A DNA stretch of 64,000 bases from an uncultured Dorea sp. (GCA_910579925.1 CAJTVY010000005.1:16948-80947), one strand, 5' to 3'. Counted from the first letter of the stretch, positions 27,963 through 37,164 are shown. Numbers and translations: made by a program. Notes: generated by a model not told the origin, from the sequence alone.

Positions 27963-27975
27963 TGACTCCTAAGAT

Positions 27976-28008
27976 TTTCGTTCTTACTTTCGTTCGACTT
28001 CTTTCGAC
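27976..28008. promoter_or_regulatory. Direct repeats upstream of the T7SS -35 element
   Basis: Plus strand: TTTCGTTC (27976-27983), TTTCGTTC (27988-27995) and TTTCGAC (28002-28008). The period is 12-14 bp, and the array starts 14 nt upstream of the -35. This looks like a response-regulator-type site (inference). Confidence 0.4.
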
Positions 28009-28054
28009 AAAAAACAGGGAAATCCACAAGCCAGTCGTGAATATCCCTGTTTAT
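28009..28054 (-). terminator. Intrinsic terminator of the chemoreceptor gene upstream of the T7SS operon
   Basis: On the minus strand: AACAGGGATAT..(loop)..ATTTCCCTGTT (11-bp stem with 1 mismatch), with a run of six T (two of them in the stem) then G. It lies 20 nt after the stop codon at 28073. Confidence 0.75.
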
Positions 28055-28072
28055 ACTTTACTCGGATAAGCC

Positions 28073-29929
28073 TTATTGTTCCCCAACCATATTCAGAAGA
28101 CGGTTCGTGATATCTGCCATATTCACCGATATCCGTTTACTTGTTTCTGAAATCTGTGCATTGTTATCCATCACGTTGCGGATTTTATCCATCTCTGTCG
28201 CTGTCCGTTCTACATCCGATGCATTTTTACGAACCATCTCTGCAATCCGGTCTACTTCTACATTCGCATGCTTGATTTCTTTCACGACATTTCCAAAAAT
28301 ACTGGTCGTTTCCTCTGCCATTGCCAGTCCTTCACTGACCGCCTGGATGGAATCGGCAATCAGTTCGCCGGTTTCCTTTGCAGCCTGGGAACTTCTGGCC
28401 GCCAGATTCCCTACCTCTGCCGCTACCACCGCAAATCCTTTTCCCATATCTCCGGCCCGCGCAGCCTCGACCGATGCGTTCAGTGCAAGCAGATTCGTCT
28501 GGTTTGCAATGGATTCGATCTTTACCGCAATCTTTCCGATTTCTTTGGACATCTCGCTGATATTGCTGATTGCCCCCTCTAATACGTCCATCTGTTTCTG
28601 GGTGTCCAGGATCGCAGCGACGGCTCCCTTTGTTGCCCTGGCCACGTCCACAGATGCATCGGCGCTGCTGTTGAGTTCCTTTACAAGCGTTCCCATAACC
28701 TGATTCAAGTCGTCCACAGACTGCTTCTGCTGCTCTGTTCCCTGGAATATTTCATCGGCGCTTGACAGGGTTTTCCTGGACACGCTGCCAAGTTCACCGC
28801 ATACTTCCTTAATATTTGCAATATCTGATTTCTGCTGTATCAGTAACCGTTCGTTATCGCTCATGCTTGACCGGATGTTCCCCACCATCTTATTGATATC
28901 TTCAGAAAGCCGAATGAATTCCGGATTACTTCCCTCCTGCACAGTGACCCCAAAATCACCGGCCGCTATCTTTTTCACTGATTCCACAATACGATTGATT
29001 CCGCTGACAATCTGTAAATCCACCGTCCTGTTAATCACAAGCAGAAGCACCATAAAAATCATAAACATACTGACTGAAACCACCAGAGTCTGGCTTAACC
29101 TGTTCTGATAATATTCTCTGGCCGGAAGAAACATTCCGATTATTTCTTCGTCATATTTTTCGGCCTGGTAATATCCGGTCGTCCCGTCTACCTTTACTTT
29201 GCCCTGTCCTTCCTCCGCTGCTAATCCGTTCTCCAATGCATCTTTCCCGATGAGTTCCCGATTGGGATGGGCAAGTATTACGCCGCTTGCCGCATCAACA
29301 GCATATGCATAACCTTTCTCTCCATAATCTACCTCTCCAAGGACTACGTCTATCTTCGTATTTGCAAGCGTGTCTTCCAGGATTTCCGGTCGGATTCCCA
29401 CCTGTACCACGCCCTCGTCGTCCTTTCTTGCCACGCCTATGTATTGAATCACAACGCCTTCCCTTGCATTTTCCTGAGGTTCCTGCACAATTTCTACAGA
29501 AGGATCCCTGATAATCTCCAGAAATGCCGCCGACTGTTCGCCGCTGCTCATGTCAAATCCGATATATTCACTGATCGTGCTTTGAGTGATCATTCCCTCT
29601 TCATTAATGACATGAAGCTCATTGACCATTAATTCTTCACAAATCTCCTGCATTCTTCCTCCATCCGTAAGAACCGTGGGATCCGTGGCAAGAATCTCTG
29701 CGAAAGCACGGGTTTTGACCAGATTATTCTCACCCACGCTTTTGACCAGCTTTTCAATCTCCTCGTCATTGCTTTTCAGCTTTTCTTTTACCATATTCAG
29801 TCTTTCTTGTGCAGATTCTGTGTTCGTGCTTTTTGACGAAAACGTCTGCAGCATGAAAATAGCCCCAATGGTCACGAGCAACGCTATGACCATATAACTT
29901 AGCAATCTTCTGGTAAACATTTTCTTCAT
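28073..29929 (-). CDS. Methyl-accepting chemotaxis protein (N-TM, Cache-like periplasmic sensor, HAMP, MA domain)
   Basis: [36 protein letters not shown], two TM helices flanking a ~260-aa extracellular domain, and a HAMP domain (IAAGDFGVTV). Confidence 0.92.
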   Translation of the reverse strand: MKKMFTRRLLSYMVIALLVTIGAIFMLQTFSSKSTNTESAQERLNMVKEKLKSNDEEIEKLVKSVGENNLVKTRAFAEILATDPTVLTDGGRMQEICEELMVNELHVINEEGMITQSTISEYIGFDMSSGEQSAAFLEIIRDPSVEIVQEPQENAREGVVIQYIGVARKDDEGVVQVGIRPEILEDTLANTKIDVVLGEVDYGEKGYAYAVDAASGVILAHPNRELIGKDALENGLAAEEGQGKVKVDGTTGYYQAEKYDEEIIGMFLPAREYYQNRLSQTLVVSVSMFMIFMVLLLVINRTVDLQIVSGINRIVESVKKIAAGDFGVTVQEGSNPEFIRLSEDINKMVGNIRSSMSDNERLLIQQKSDIANIKEVCGELGSVSRKTLSSADEIFQGTEQQKQSVDDLNQVMGTLVKELNSSADASVDVARATKGAVAAILDTQKQMDVLEGAISNISEMSKEIGKIAVKIESIANQTNLLALNASVEAARAGDMGKGFAVVAAEVGNLAARSSQAAKETGELIADSIQAVSEGLAMAEETTSIFGNVVKEIKHANVEVDRIAEMVRKNASDVERTATEMDKIRNVMDNNAQISETSKRISVNMADITNRLLNMVGEQ

Positions 29930-30208
29930 AACTGTACCTCTCTTTTTTTATTTTATACCTACACAGGGCAGTTATAATTATCACCATAAAATTGCTGATA
30001 ACAAAACTGTAGAAAACCTCCCCTTTACACAATATAACGATATTACATTCCCTGGTCAAGGACGTGGGCATGAGAATTACTATTACTACTATTTTTTTAC
30101 TGTGCCGAGAATCAACTTCTTTGTTCCGCCGTCATTCCAGATTAAAATAGTAGGAAAGCGTCAGATATCTATGACCGCTTTCATATACAAAAGAGGAGGT
30201 TGAAATGA

Positions 30209-30823
30209 ATGATCTACGGGTATGTGCGTGTAAGCACCAGGGAGCAGAATGAGGGCAGGCAGATGCTGGCTCTGCATCAGAGGGAAGTGCCGGAGAAGAA
30301 TATTTATATAGACAGACAGTCCGGCAAGGATTTTGATCGCCCTATGTACCACAGGATGCTCAGAAAATTGCAGGAAGACGATTTAATCTACGTGAAGAGC
30401 ATCGACAGGCTTGGCAGGAACTATGAGGAGATATTAGAGCAGTGGAGATTTCTGACGAAAGAAAAGAAGGTCGATATCGTAGTAATTGATATGGAACTTC
30501 TGGACACCAGACGAGGCAAGGATCTGATGGGTACGTTTCTCAGCGATATTGTTCTGCAGGTTCTTTCTTTTGTAGCTGAAAATGAGCGCAAGAATATTCG
30601 CGAACGGCAGAAAGAAGGAATTGAGGCGGCCAAATTACGGGGCGTACAGTTCGGACGTCCCAGACGTGACGTACCGGATGATTTTATTCAGATCTGCTGC
30701 CGATGGAGGAACGGGCAGATTCTTGGAAAAGAGGCGGCCAAACTCTGCGATATGCCGCTGACTACTTTTTATGGACGGGCAAGAGAACAGATTGAAGTAT
30801 TGAAGCGCACATGGGAGTATTGA
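30209..30823 (+). CDS. Small serine recombinase (resolvase/invertase family) with a C-terminal HTH
   Basis: The catalytic motif is MIYGYVRVSTREQNEGRQ, followed by DRLGRN and a C-terminal HTH (GKEAAKLCDMPLTTFYGRA). It is one of the few plus-strand genes. No partner mobile-element genes were seen. Confidence 0.9.
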   Translation: MIYGYVRVSTREQNEGRQMLALHQREVPEKNIYIDRQSGKDFDRPMYHRMLRKLQEDDLIYVKSIDRLGRNYEEILEQWRFLTKEKKVDIVVIDMELLDTRRGKDLMGTFLSDIVLQVLSFVAENERKNIRERQKEGIEAAKLRGVQFGRPRRDVPDDFIQICCRWRNGQILGKEAAKLCDMPLTTFYGRAREQIEVLKRTWEY

Positions 30824-30824
30824 T

Positions 30825-30867
30825 AATTACAGACGTAGTAAAATTCAGTTTTACTACGTCTGTAATT
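30825..30867. terminator. Perfect 19-bp inverted repeat between the convergent recombinase and hydantoinase genes
   Basis: AATTACAGACGTAGTAAAA (30825-30843), loop TTCAG, then TTTTACTACGTCTGTAATT (30849-30867). It starts 1 nt after the recombinase stop codon. Confidence 0.6.
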
Positions 30868-30874
30868 GAACAAT

Positions 30875-32428
30875 CTACTGCAGATCGCCTGCCGCCTTTA
30901 CCTTCACCCGATTCGTATTCCCCGGATAATATGCGAGCGGTACATCTTCTATCTCAATAATCTCCACAGTCTCCCGAAGCGCCCCTGCCTGGACGGCCAG
31001 TTCTTCTGCCTCTGCTTTCGCCTGTTCAATCGCCTGTTCCCGCAAAATTACATCATAATCCATCAGCTTTTCAAATGTGCCGCTGACCTTCGATATTGCT
31101 GATCCAATCGCATTAGCGCATCCAAAATGCTTTGGCTTTACAACGCATGAAGTTCCCCGAATCTTCTCAGGAAGAACGATAGACCCGCCGCCTGCCAGAA
31201 TCACGTCACAGTCCTCATTGGACACTTTCATTGCGTCAATTCCGTCCTCAACCATTCCGCAGATCGTTTCCATCGCCCGTTCCGCAAGTTCCCTGGGAAT
31301 CTGCTTTACCCTTAAGTCATCTCCAAGTTTCACCATTCCAAGCCGCACGGCAATATCGGTGGCCGTCATCACATCCCCGCCGAACACCATCGCTTTTTCT
31401 GTAATCTGGTATCCCACGCTATCCGGCCCTACCGTCACCGACCCGTCTTTCTGTTCCCTGACAATGGATCCGCCGCCAAGGCCAATAGAGACTACGTCCG
31501 GCATACGAAAATTCGTACGCACGCCTCCGATCGTTACCGCCACGCTGGATTCACGCGGAAATCCGTTCTGGATCACTCCGAAATCCGTTGTAGTGCCTCC
31601 TACATCCACCACAATTGCATTTTTCATCCGGCTAAGATAGCTTGCTCCCCGAATCGAATTGGTGGGTCCGCAGGCAACGGTCAGAATCGGATACTTACGG
31701 GCGTGCTCCATGGTCATCAACGTTCCGTCATTCTGCGAAAGATAAATATCTGCATTCACAATTCCTTCTTCCTCAAGACTCTTTTCAAATCCTTCCGTAA
31801 ACTGCTCCGCTACCTTCCACAAGGCTGCGTTCAGAATCGTAGCATTTTCTCTCTCGATCAGCCCCATGGATCCGATTTCACTGGAAATAGAAAGATGGAC
31901 TTCCTCACCCATGACCTCGCGGCACAGTTTCGCCGCTTCCAGCTCATGATCATTGCGCACCGTTGAAAACACTTGGGAAATAGCAATAGATTTAACGCCT
32001 TTTTCCTTCATTTCCCGGAAGAATCTCTCTGCCGCTTCACAGTCGAACGCCGCCAGTTCTTTTCCGTCATACTCCGAACCTCCTCCTGTCACGGCAATCC
32101 CTTCTGCAATCCCATATAACTCTTCCTCCCAGTCTGCCATAGGCAAAACGCCAAGAGTTGCAGGCGCTCCGATTCGCAGGATTCCTATCGGAGCCAGACG
32201 CTTTCTTTCCACAATTGCATTGGTACACTGCGTGGTTCCAAGCATGGCCTGTCGGATATCCGCTCTATTCACATCGGACATCTTTAACACTTCCCGGACC
32301 GCTCCTAGGATGCCTGTATAAATGTCCTCTGTTGTAGGAACTTTCACCTCAGCAGCCACATTAAGATTCTCGTCAATCAAGACTGCGTCCGTGTTGGTGC
32401 CTCCCACGTCAATTCCAAGCTTATACAT
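30875..32428 (-). CDS. Hydantoinase/oxoprolinase (HyuA-like, ASKHA fold) family protein
   Basis: MYKLGIDVGGTNTDAVLID..VVDVGGTTTDFGVI..IGLGGGSIV. The start is ATG 32428, which overlaps the DUF917 stop by 8 nt. The track's 48-aa N-terminal extension is spurious. Confidence 0.85.
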   Translation of the reverse strand: MYKLGIDVGGTNTDAVLIDENLNVAAEVKVPTTEDIYTGILGAVREVLKMSDVNRADIRQAMLGTTQCTNAIVERKRLAPIGILRIGAPATLGVLPMADWEEELYGIAEGIAVTGGGSEYDGKELAAFDCEAAERFFREMKEKGVKSIAISQVFSTVRNDHELEAAKLCREVMGEEVHLSISSEIGSMGLIERENATILNAALWKVAEQFTEGFEKSLEEEGIVNADIYLSQNDGTLMTMEHARKYPILTVACGPTNSIRGASYLSRMKNAIVVDVGGTTTDFGVIQNGFPRESSVAVTIGGVRTNFRMPDVVSIGLGGGSIVREQKDGSVTVGPDSVGYQITEKAMVFGGDVMTATDIAVRLGMVKLGDDLRVKQIPRELAERAMETICGMVEDGIDAMKVSNEDCDVILAGGGSIVLPEKIRGTSCVVKPKHFGCANAIGSAISKVSGTFEKLMDYDVILREQAIEQAKAEAEELAVQAGALRETVEIIEIEDVPLAYYPGNTNRVKVKAAGDLQ

Positions 32429-33527
32429 ATGAAATCCCTCCTTTGCAACGCTCTTCAAGCGGGATATAGTCTGTATTACATCCGAAGTACCGAGGCCCGA
32501 CAAGAGCAAGCCCTTCGTCCGAACGCCACAGTTCGAAACACTTAAGCCCCACAACCAGGACACGTTTTCCATATTTTAGCGCATCCGTTGTAATCGGTAC
32601 GAACGTATCAGTATCCACCAGACAGATAAGATCCGGCGTGGTTGCCACAATCTCACCCTCCACGGAAGCAGTCAGATTTTCATTCTGAAATTCTACGACA
32701 GCGCTTTGCCCTTTACATTCTCCGATGCCACTAAGCACTACTTTTCCAAAATTAAACCCTTCCTGTGTCGTGCGCAATACATCCGCAATCTTTCCCTTGA
32801 ATAGTTTATAGCCTTCCGTAGATTTAAGGAAATGAGCCTCCGGCGACTTTTCGCCGCAGTTCTTCACCGTGCGGATCGCCTCGCCAAGCCTCTGGCTTCT
32901 TGTAACAATATCCCGGACTGCATACTGCTTCATCTGCGCCCCCGTCATAGGATACAAGGATACCGATACCGCCCCGCCGCAGCTCATGGTAACCGCCCTT
33001 GCAAGTTCTTCCGTCCAGTGATTCGTCACTGTCTCAAAGATGACGCTGTTTCCTTTCTCATCCGTAAGCGCCATGGGGGAGGCGCTCATCCCTCCTATGG
33101 TAAACGTCACCATCTGAAGTTCTGGAAATGCTCTTCCCATCCCGTCTGCATCCACCATCGGAAGTCCAAGGCGGGCGCTTGCCGCAATCGGAAGCATAGA
33201 GTTGACTCCGCCTGCCTCTATTGGCATAAAAGCATAGATCTTCCTGCCAAAGTATCTTGATACCATATCATAGAGCGTCTGATATTCTTTCCCGCCTATC
33301 CCTTTTTCAGCCAGCACCGTCGGCGCTCCCATCATTGCAATGGGAACTACCAGCGCATCGTCCGGCACTTCATCCGGGCTAAGAAGCGTGACCTCTTCAC
33401 ATTCCTTTACCGCTCCTATGGCGACCAGCTTGCCGATGTACGGGTCTCCGCCTCCGCCGGCTCCCAGAAGCGCAGCTCCCAGGGCAATATCCTCAATTTC
33501 CTTAATTCCTATTTTTCTCACGTTCAC
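32421..33527 (-). CDS. DUF917-family protein (partner of hydantoinase-like proteins)
   Basis: IEDIALGAALLGAGGGGDPYIGKL..IEAGGVNSMLP..DADGMGRAFPELQM is the DUF917 pattern (from memory). The start is uncertain: GTG 33527 or GTG 33521. Confidence 0.7.
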   Translation of the reverse strand: MNVRKIGIKEIEDIALGAALLGAGGGGDPYIGKLVAIGAVKECEEVTLLSPDEVPDDALVVPIAMMGAPTVLAEKGIGGKEYQTLYDMVSRYFGRKIYAFMPIEAGGVNSMLPIAASARLGLPMVDADGMGRAFPELQMVTFTIGGMSASPMALTDEKGNSVIFETVTNHWTEELARAVTMSCGGAVSVSLYPMTGAQMKQYAVRDIVTRSQRLGEAIRTVKNCGEKSPEAHFLKSTEGYKLFKGKIADVLRTTQEGFNFGKVVLSGIGECKGQSAVVEFQNENLTASVEGEIVATTPDLICLVDTDTFVPITTDALKYGKRVLVVGLKCFELWRSDEGLALVGPRYFGCNTDYIPLEERCKGGISYV

Positions 33528-33603
33528 ATCTCCTGTCCTGCTTTATATCAAATCTGTTTCAGTTTATCATCTCGCAGGAAAAAATTCATTATTATTATGG
33601 CAG

Positions 33604-33649
33604 AAAAAACCGGAATATCTTTGTCCTTTCAAACAAAAGCATTCCGGTT
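33604..33649 (-). terminator. Intrinsic terminator after the PucR-family gene
   Basis: On the minus strand: AACCGGAAT..ATTCCGGTT (9-bp stem extended by CTTTGT/ACAAAG) followed by TTTTTTC. Confidence 0.7.
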
Positions 33650-33679
33650 CTGAAACCCATACAACAATTATGAAAGCTG

Positions 33680-35293
33680 TCAGACAGACAACAGTCTGCA
33701 GACTGCAACAGCCCGGTACGCTTCTATCCCTTCCGGCAGCTTATCGGGCCTGTAGCCCAGAATATCCGCAATCCTCTGCAGTCTGTATTTTACGGTATTC
33801 TTATGGACATATAACAGCTTTGCCGTCTCTGTAACGCTGGAATCACCGTCCAGAAGATAGACGCTTAATGTCTCCAGAAGACTTCGCTCTTCACCGTCTC
33901 TCGGCAGTCCTTTCAGACAATCCAGACACTGCTCCGTCTTCTCCTCTCCCTGGCTGATCAACCGGCGGCAGCCTTCTACAAACCGTATCTCTCCAATCTG
34001 AAAATACTTCCGTTCTGGAAAGACTTTCCTGGTATCTGTAAGATACTCCTGATGGCACAGATATGCCTTACGGACTTCTTTTGTACTGCACAGTCCGCTG
34101 CACCGTGTCAGTGTCATCGTACCGTCGTCTTGATGTATCTGGTCTAACAGTCCGCCAATCTGCTGCCTGGCCTCCTTATGGGAGTAAGGACTGCTCAGAA
34201 ACAGCAGAAGCTTCCCTTCATAAATATCTGCCACCACCGTATCTGCGCAGTCAGCCGCAAAGATCCGAAGGGACGCAAGTTCTTTCTGTAAATATGCAGA
34301 TGAACCGCTTTCCTCCCCACAGACCATCCACATCTCGTTGATCTTTTCCACGTTGATGTGAAAGATGTCCGCCAGCCTCCTCATTTTCATCGGTTCATCC
34401 TGAAGAATCGCATGGACAAGTTCATGAACTGCCACTTCGCTGTGCTGACGCCCCCAGATATTTACTCCCAGACGCACTACGTCCACCATCTGTTCCACCA
34501 TTCGTTTACTGAGCGCAGTCCCCTCTTTCAGCAGTAAAAGTTCCAATGCGTCTCCTTTTTCGGGATGTATCTTAAAATGGCTCCACGTTCCATCTGGCAA
34601 AAATTCACACTTGCACGTTTCTCCTTCTTTGGGTAATCCTTCCTCCCCAGAGCCATGGTTCCTCTCTATGCCCTGTTTCACCATATTCTCAAGACTTCTC
34701 GGCCACGCCGCCAGATTCAATATCCGCAGCAAGGAATCACACAATACCAGACAAGACGCCGTCCGGTCGCTCAACATCTGCAATACCGTATTCACCGACC
34801 GGAGATGTGCCGGAAGTACGGCAACCTGTTCCAGAATCTCGGTTACGATGGATTCCTGTTTCATCCGGTCCCTGTAAATACAGTCCGTGACATCACTGAT
34901 CACCTCACTGTAGCGCAGTGTCTTCTCTCCTTCCGGCATGCAGATCAGTACAAAGTCCAGCTCATCCGCAAGATCAATCAGCTTCCTGTCCACCTGCGCC
35001 AGATATACCCCCACATAGAAAAGGATTAATCCCACTTCTCCGCCCTCTGCCATCCTGCGGATATTGGCACACTGCCCCTCCACATCCTCCAGAATATTCA
35101 TAAAGCCAGTAATTGCAATCTCGCTGCCAAAGTAATCCCCCTGAGGAAAGAGTTCGTCAATCAGAATTCCCGGGTCGACTGATTCAAGAACCGATATGGA
35201 AGAAACGAATTTGGACAGCCCTTTACGCCCGCCCAGGACTTTTGCACACCGAAGGGACGGCAATTGAAGTAAATCTTCTACCGTCACACTCAT
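33680..35293 (-). CDS. PucR/CdaR-family transcriptional regulator
   Basis: The N-terminus MSVTVEDLLQLPSLRCAKVLGG is the purine-catabolism-regulator-like domain. The C-terminal HTH is ETAKLLYVHKNTVKYRLQRIADILG. Confidence 0.85.
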   Translation of the reverse strand: MSVTVEDLLQLPSLRCAKVLGGRKGLSKFVSSISVLESVDPGILIDELFPQGDYFGSEIAITGFMNILEDVEGQCANIRRMAEGGEVGLILFYVGVYLAQVDRKLIDLADELDFVLICMPEGEKTLRYSEVISDVTDCIYRDRMKQESIVTEILEQVAVLPAHLRSVNTVLQMLSDRTASCLVLCDSLLRILNLAAWPRSLENMVKQGIERNHGSGEEGLPKEGETCKCEFLPDGTWSHFKIHPEKGDALELLLLKEGTALSKRMVEQMVDVVRLGVNIWGRQHSEVAVHELVHAILQDEPMKMRRLADIFHINVEKINEMWMVCGEESGSSAYLQKELASLRIFAADCADTVVADIYEGKLLLFLSSPYSHKEARQQIGGLLDQIHQDDGTMTLTRCSGLCSTKEVRKAYLCHQEYLTDTRKVFPERKYFQIGEIRFVEGCRRLISQGEEKTEQCLDCLKGLPRDGEERSLLETLSVYLLDGDSSVTETAKLLYVHKNTVKYRLQRIADILGYRPDKLPEGIEAYRAVAVCRLLSV

Positions 35294-35334
35294 TCATCTC
35301 CACCCTTTCTCTTCCTGTAAATGATGTTCATGAA

Positions 35335-35514
35335 TCATTCTATAATGGAATACTGCAGGTATTCATAAAGCAGTCTGGTTCCCTCCATAATCTCCGGCGG
35401 AAGAAGCGCCCGCGCCACCATCTTCGGCTCTGCATTCTGATCCGTCTCATCTTCCCGTTTAAGCATTGCATAATCCCCGTCTATTCTCTCCACGATATAT
35501 GTACACGTCAGCAT
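35335..35514 (-). CDS. DUF3006-like small protein
   Basis: 59 aa: MLTCTYIVERIDGDYAMLKRED..LLPPEIMEGTRLLY. The start is ATG 35514, after GGAGGAA. The track start is TTG 35529. Confidence 0.55.
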   Translation of the reverse strand: MLTCTYIVERIDGDYAMLKREDETDQNAEPKMVARALLPPEIMEGTRLLYEYLQYSIIE

Positions 35515-35530
35515 ACGATTTTCCTCCAAT

Positions 35531-36448
35531 TTAAATATCCTTAGATCCCTTCCGGTTAATGATAATAATCCCGACGCTCACACAGATAAGAGCTGTCAGA
35601 TTCTTTACCGACGCCACCTGCTCTCCCAGGAAGACTGCCGATAAAGCAACCCCAAACACCGGAATACTAAATCCAAATATAGCCACTTTCCCAACAGAAT
35701 TGTATTTCAGAAGTTCCGCCCAGATACTGAATGCCACGGTTGACAATAACGACATATAGAGCAGAAGTAACGATGATTTTATATGAAAACCATAAACCGT
35801 TCCACCAGATATGACTCCGATCAGAATCAGAACCGATCCGCCGAACAGCAGTTGATAGGCTGTGATCGTTACAGGCTTTTCCTTATCCGAGATCATCTTA
35901 AGCGTCACACTGCTCAGTCCGTAGGAAAATGCACACACCAGCACCATTCCTTCACCCAGAAATGAAAAACCGCTGCTAAACGCACCCGGCTCAAGATTGA
36001 TGATAATGATTCCTGCAAATCCTACCAGACAGCCCACGATCTTTTTAAATGTCAGTTTCTCCGACTTCATAAGAAAATGTGCGGCTATAATCGAAAAAAA
36101 GGCGTTAGATGCATTGATCACAGAGCCCTTCGCCCCTGTCGTATGTGCAAGACCGATATAGAAACACACATACTGAATCGTAGTCTGTAAAATCCCCTGC
36201 CCAAACACATAAGGCACAGAACTTCTCTTCATTGTGATGATCCGTTTCTCAAGCACACACCCAAGCAGAAACGTGAACACACCTGCCAGGAAAAAACGAT
36301 ATCCGGCAAACAGAATCTGGCTGCCCGCATTTTCGATGTGGAACAGTTCATATCCTATCTTCACACATGGAAATGCGCTGCCCCATAAGGCGCAGCACAC
36401 CAGAGCCAGAATCGTCCTGGCCGCCGTATTCTGATAAAAACGTTCCAT
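35531..36448 (-). CDS. EamA/DMT-family transporter
   Basis: 10 TM helices in two EamA repeats (ALVCCALWGSAFPCVKIG..). The start overlaps the ppiB stop (TAATG). Confidence 0.85.
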   Translation of the reverse strand: MERFYQNTAARTILALVCCALWGSAFPCVKIGYELFHIENAGSQILFAGYRFFLAGVFTFLLGCVLEKRIITMKRSSVPYVFGQGILQTTIQYVCFYIGLAHTTGAKGSVINASNAFFSIIAAHFLMKSEKLTFKKIVGCLVGFAGIIIINLEPGAFSSGFSFLGEGMVLVCAFSYGLSSVTLKMISDKEKPVTITAYQLLFGGSVLILIGVISGGTVYGFHIKSSLLLLYMSLLSTVAFSIWAELLKYNSVGKVAIFGFSIPVFGVALSAVFLGEQVASVKNLTALICVSVGIIIINRKGSKDI

Positions 36449-36966
36449 TATTCCTTCTCCGGTTCTTCATACTCTTCGCCCATCGTATCTACCGTGACCT
36501 TCTTCATCTTCTGTTCTGTAAGCGGCCTGTCATTATAGTCCGTCTCTGTATCCGCAATCTTATTTACAATGTCCATACCCTCTGTCACCTTTCCGAACGC
36601 CGCATAAGAACCGTCCAGATGCGGAGAATTCCTGTGCATAATAAAGAACTGTGATCCTGCAGAATCCGGATGCATTGCCCTTGCCATGGACAGCACGCCT
36701 TCTGTGTGTTTTAAGTCATTGTCAAAACCGTTCTGTTCGAATTCCCCTTTAATATGATATCCCGGACCTCCCATACCTGTTCCGTCCGGGCAGCCTCCCT
36801 GGATCATAAAGCCGTTAATCACACGGTGGAAAATCAGGCCGTCATAATATCCCTTCTTTACCAGCGAGATAAAATTATTCACCGTGTTCGGCGCAACCTC
36901 TGGATACAGTTCCGCTTTCATGATATCTCCGTTTTCCATTTCAAATGTTACAATTGGATTTTCCAT
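36448..36966 (-). CDS. ppiB: Peptidyl-prolyl cis-trans isomerase (cyclophilin type)
   Basis: FHRVINGFMIQGGCP.GTGMGGPGY..GVLSMARA..DSAGSQFFI. The start is ATG 36966, after GAGAGGAAAGGA. Confidence 0.92.
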   Translation of the reverse strand: MENPIVTFEMENGDIMKAELYPEVAPNTVNNFISLVKKGYYDGLIFHRVINGFMIQGGCPDGTGMGGPGYHIKGEFEQNGFDNDLKHTEGVLSMARAMHPDSAGSQFFIMHRNSPHLDGSYAAFGKVTEGMDIVNKIADTETDYNDRPLTEQKMKKVTVDTMGEEYEEPEKE

Positions 36967-37164
36967 AGTTCCTTTCCTCTCTTCCCGATTATTAAGTATA
37001 AATCTTTCTCTATTGTAGCGGATAAAACGCTGTTCGTAAAGTACCTTTTCTCCATAAGAAGCCCTTATGATATGCAAGACCATAACATAACGGTTGACTT
37101 TCTGTCTGTTTTGATAAATACTATTCTTAACAAAAATGAACTATTTTCAGGAGGAATACTACAT

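Noticed and set aside
7021-29929. The two methyl-accepting chemotaxis protein genes as functional parts of the T7SS locus.
   Set aside because: One is about 8 kb from the nearest T7SS gene. The adjacent one has its own intrinsic terminator before the T7SS promoter. I know of no link between MCPs and T7SSb, so the adjacency is treated as coincidental.
16742-30823. The idea that the T7SS block plus recombinase is a recently acquired genomic island, ICE or prophage.
   Set aside because: I saw no integrase or att-like direct repeats, no flanking tRNA, and no phage, conjugation or transposase genes. By eye there is no obvious shift in base composition or codon style. Both flanks are ordinary chromosomal genes.
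30825-30867. The perfect 19-bp inverted repeat next to the serine recombinase, considered as a recombination (hix/res-like) site or the end of a mobile element.
   Set aside because: I found only one copy in the window. Its arms are separated by a 5-nt loop rather than the 2-bp crossover core of serine-recombinase sites. It also sits exactly between two convergent stop codons. A bidirectional terminator is the simpler reading. I kept it as a caveat in the recombinase finding.
36754-37164. The N-terminal 137 aa of the 525-aa track ORF for the PatB-like lyase.
   Set aside because: This part is antisense to ppiB and has no similarity to aminotransferases. A strong AGGAGG-ATG at 37165 begins the conserved sequence. 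Similar open-frame extensions were trimmed for niaR (13558-13734), the hydantoinase gene (32429-32572), proC, the ornithine cyclodeaminase gene, addA, nadA and leuC.
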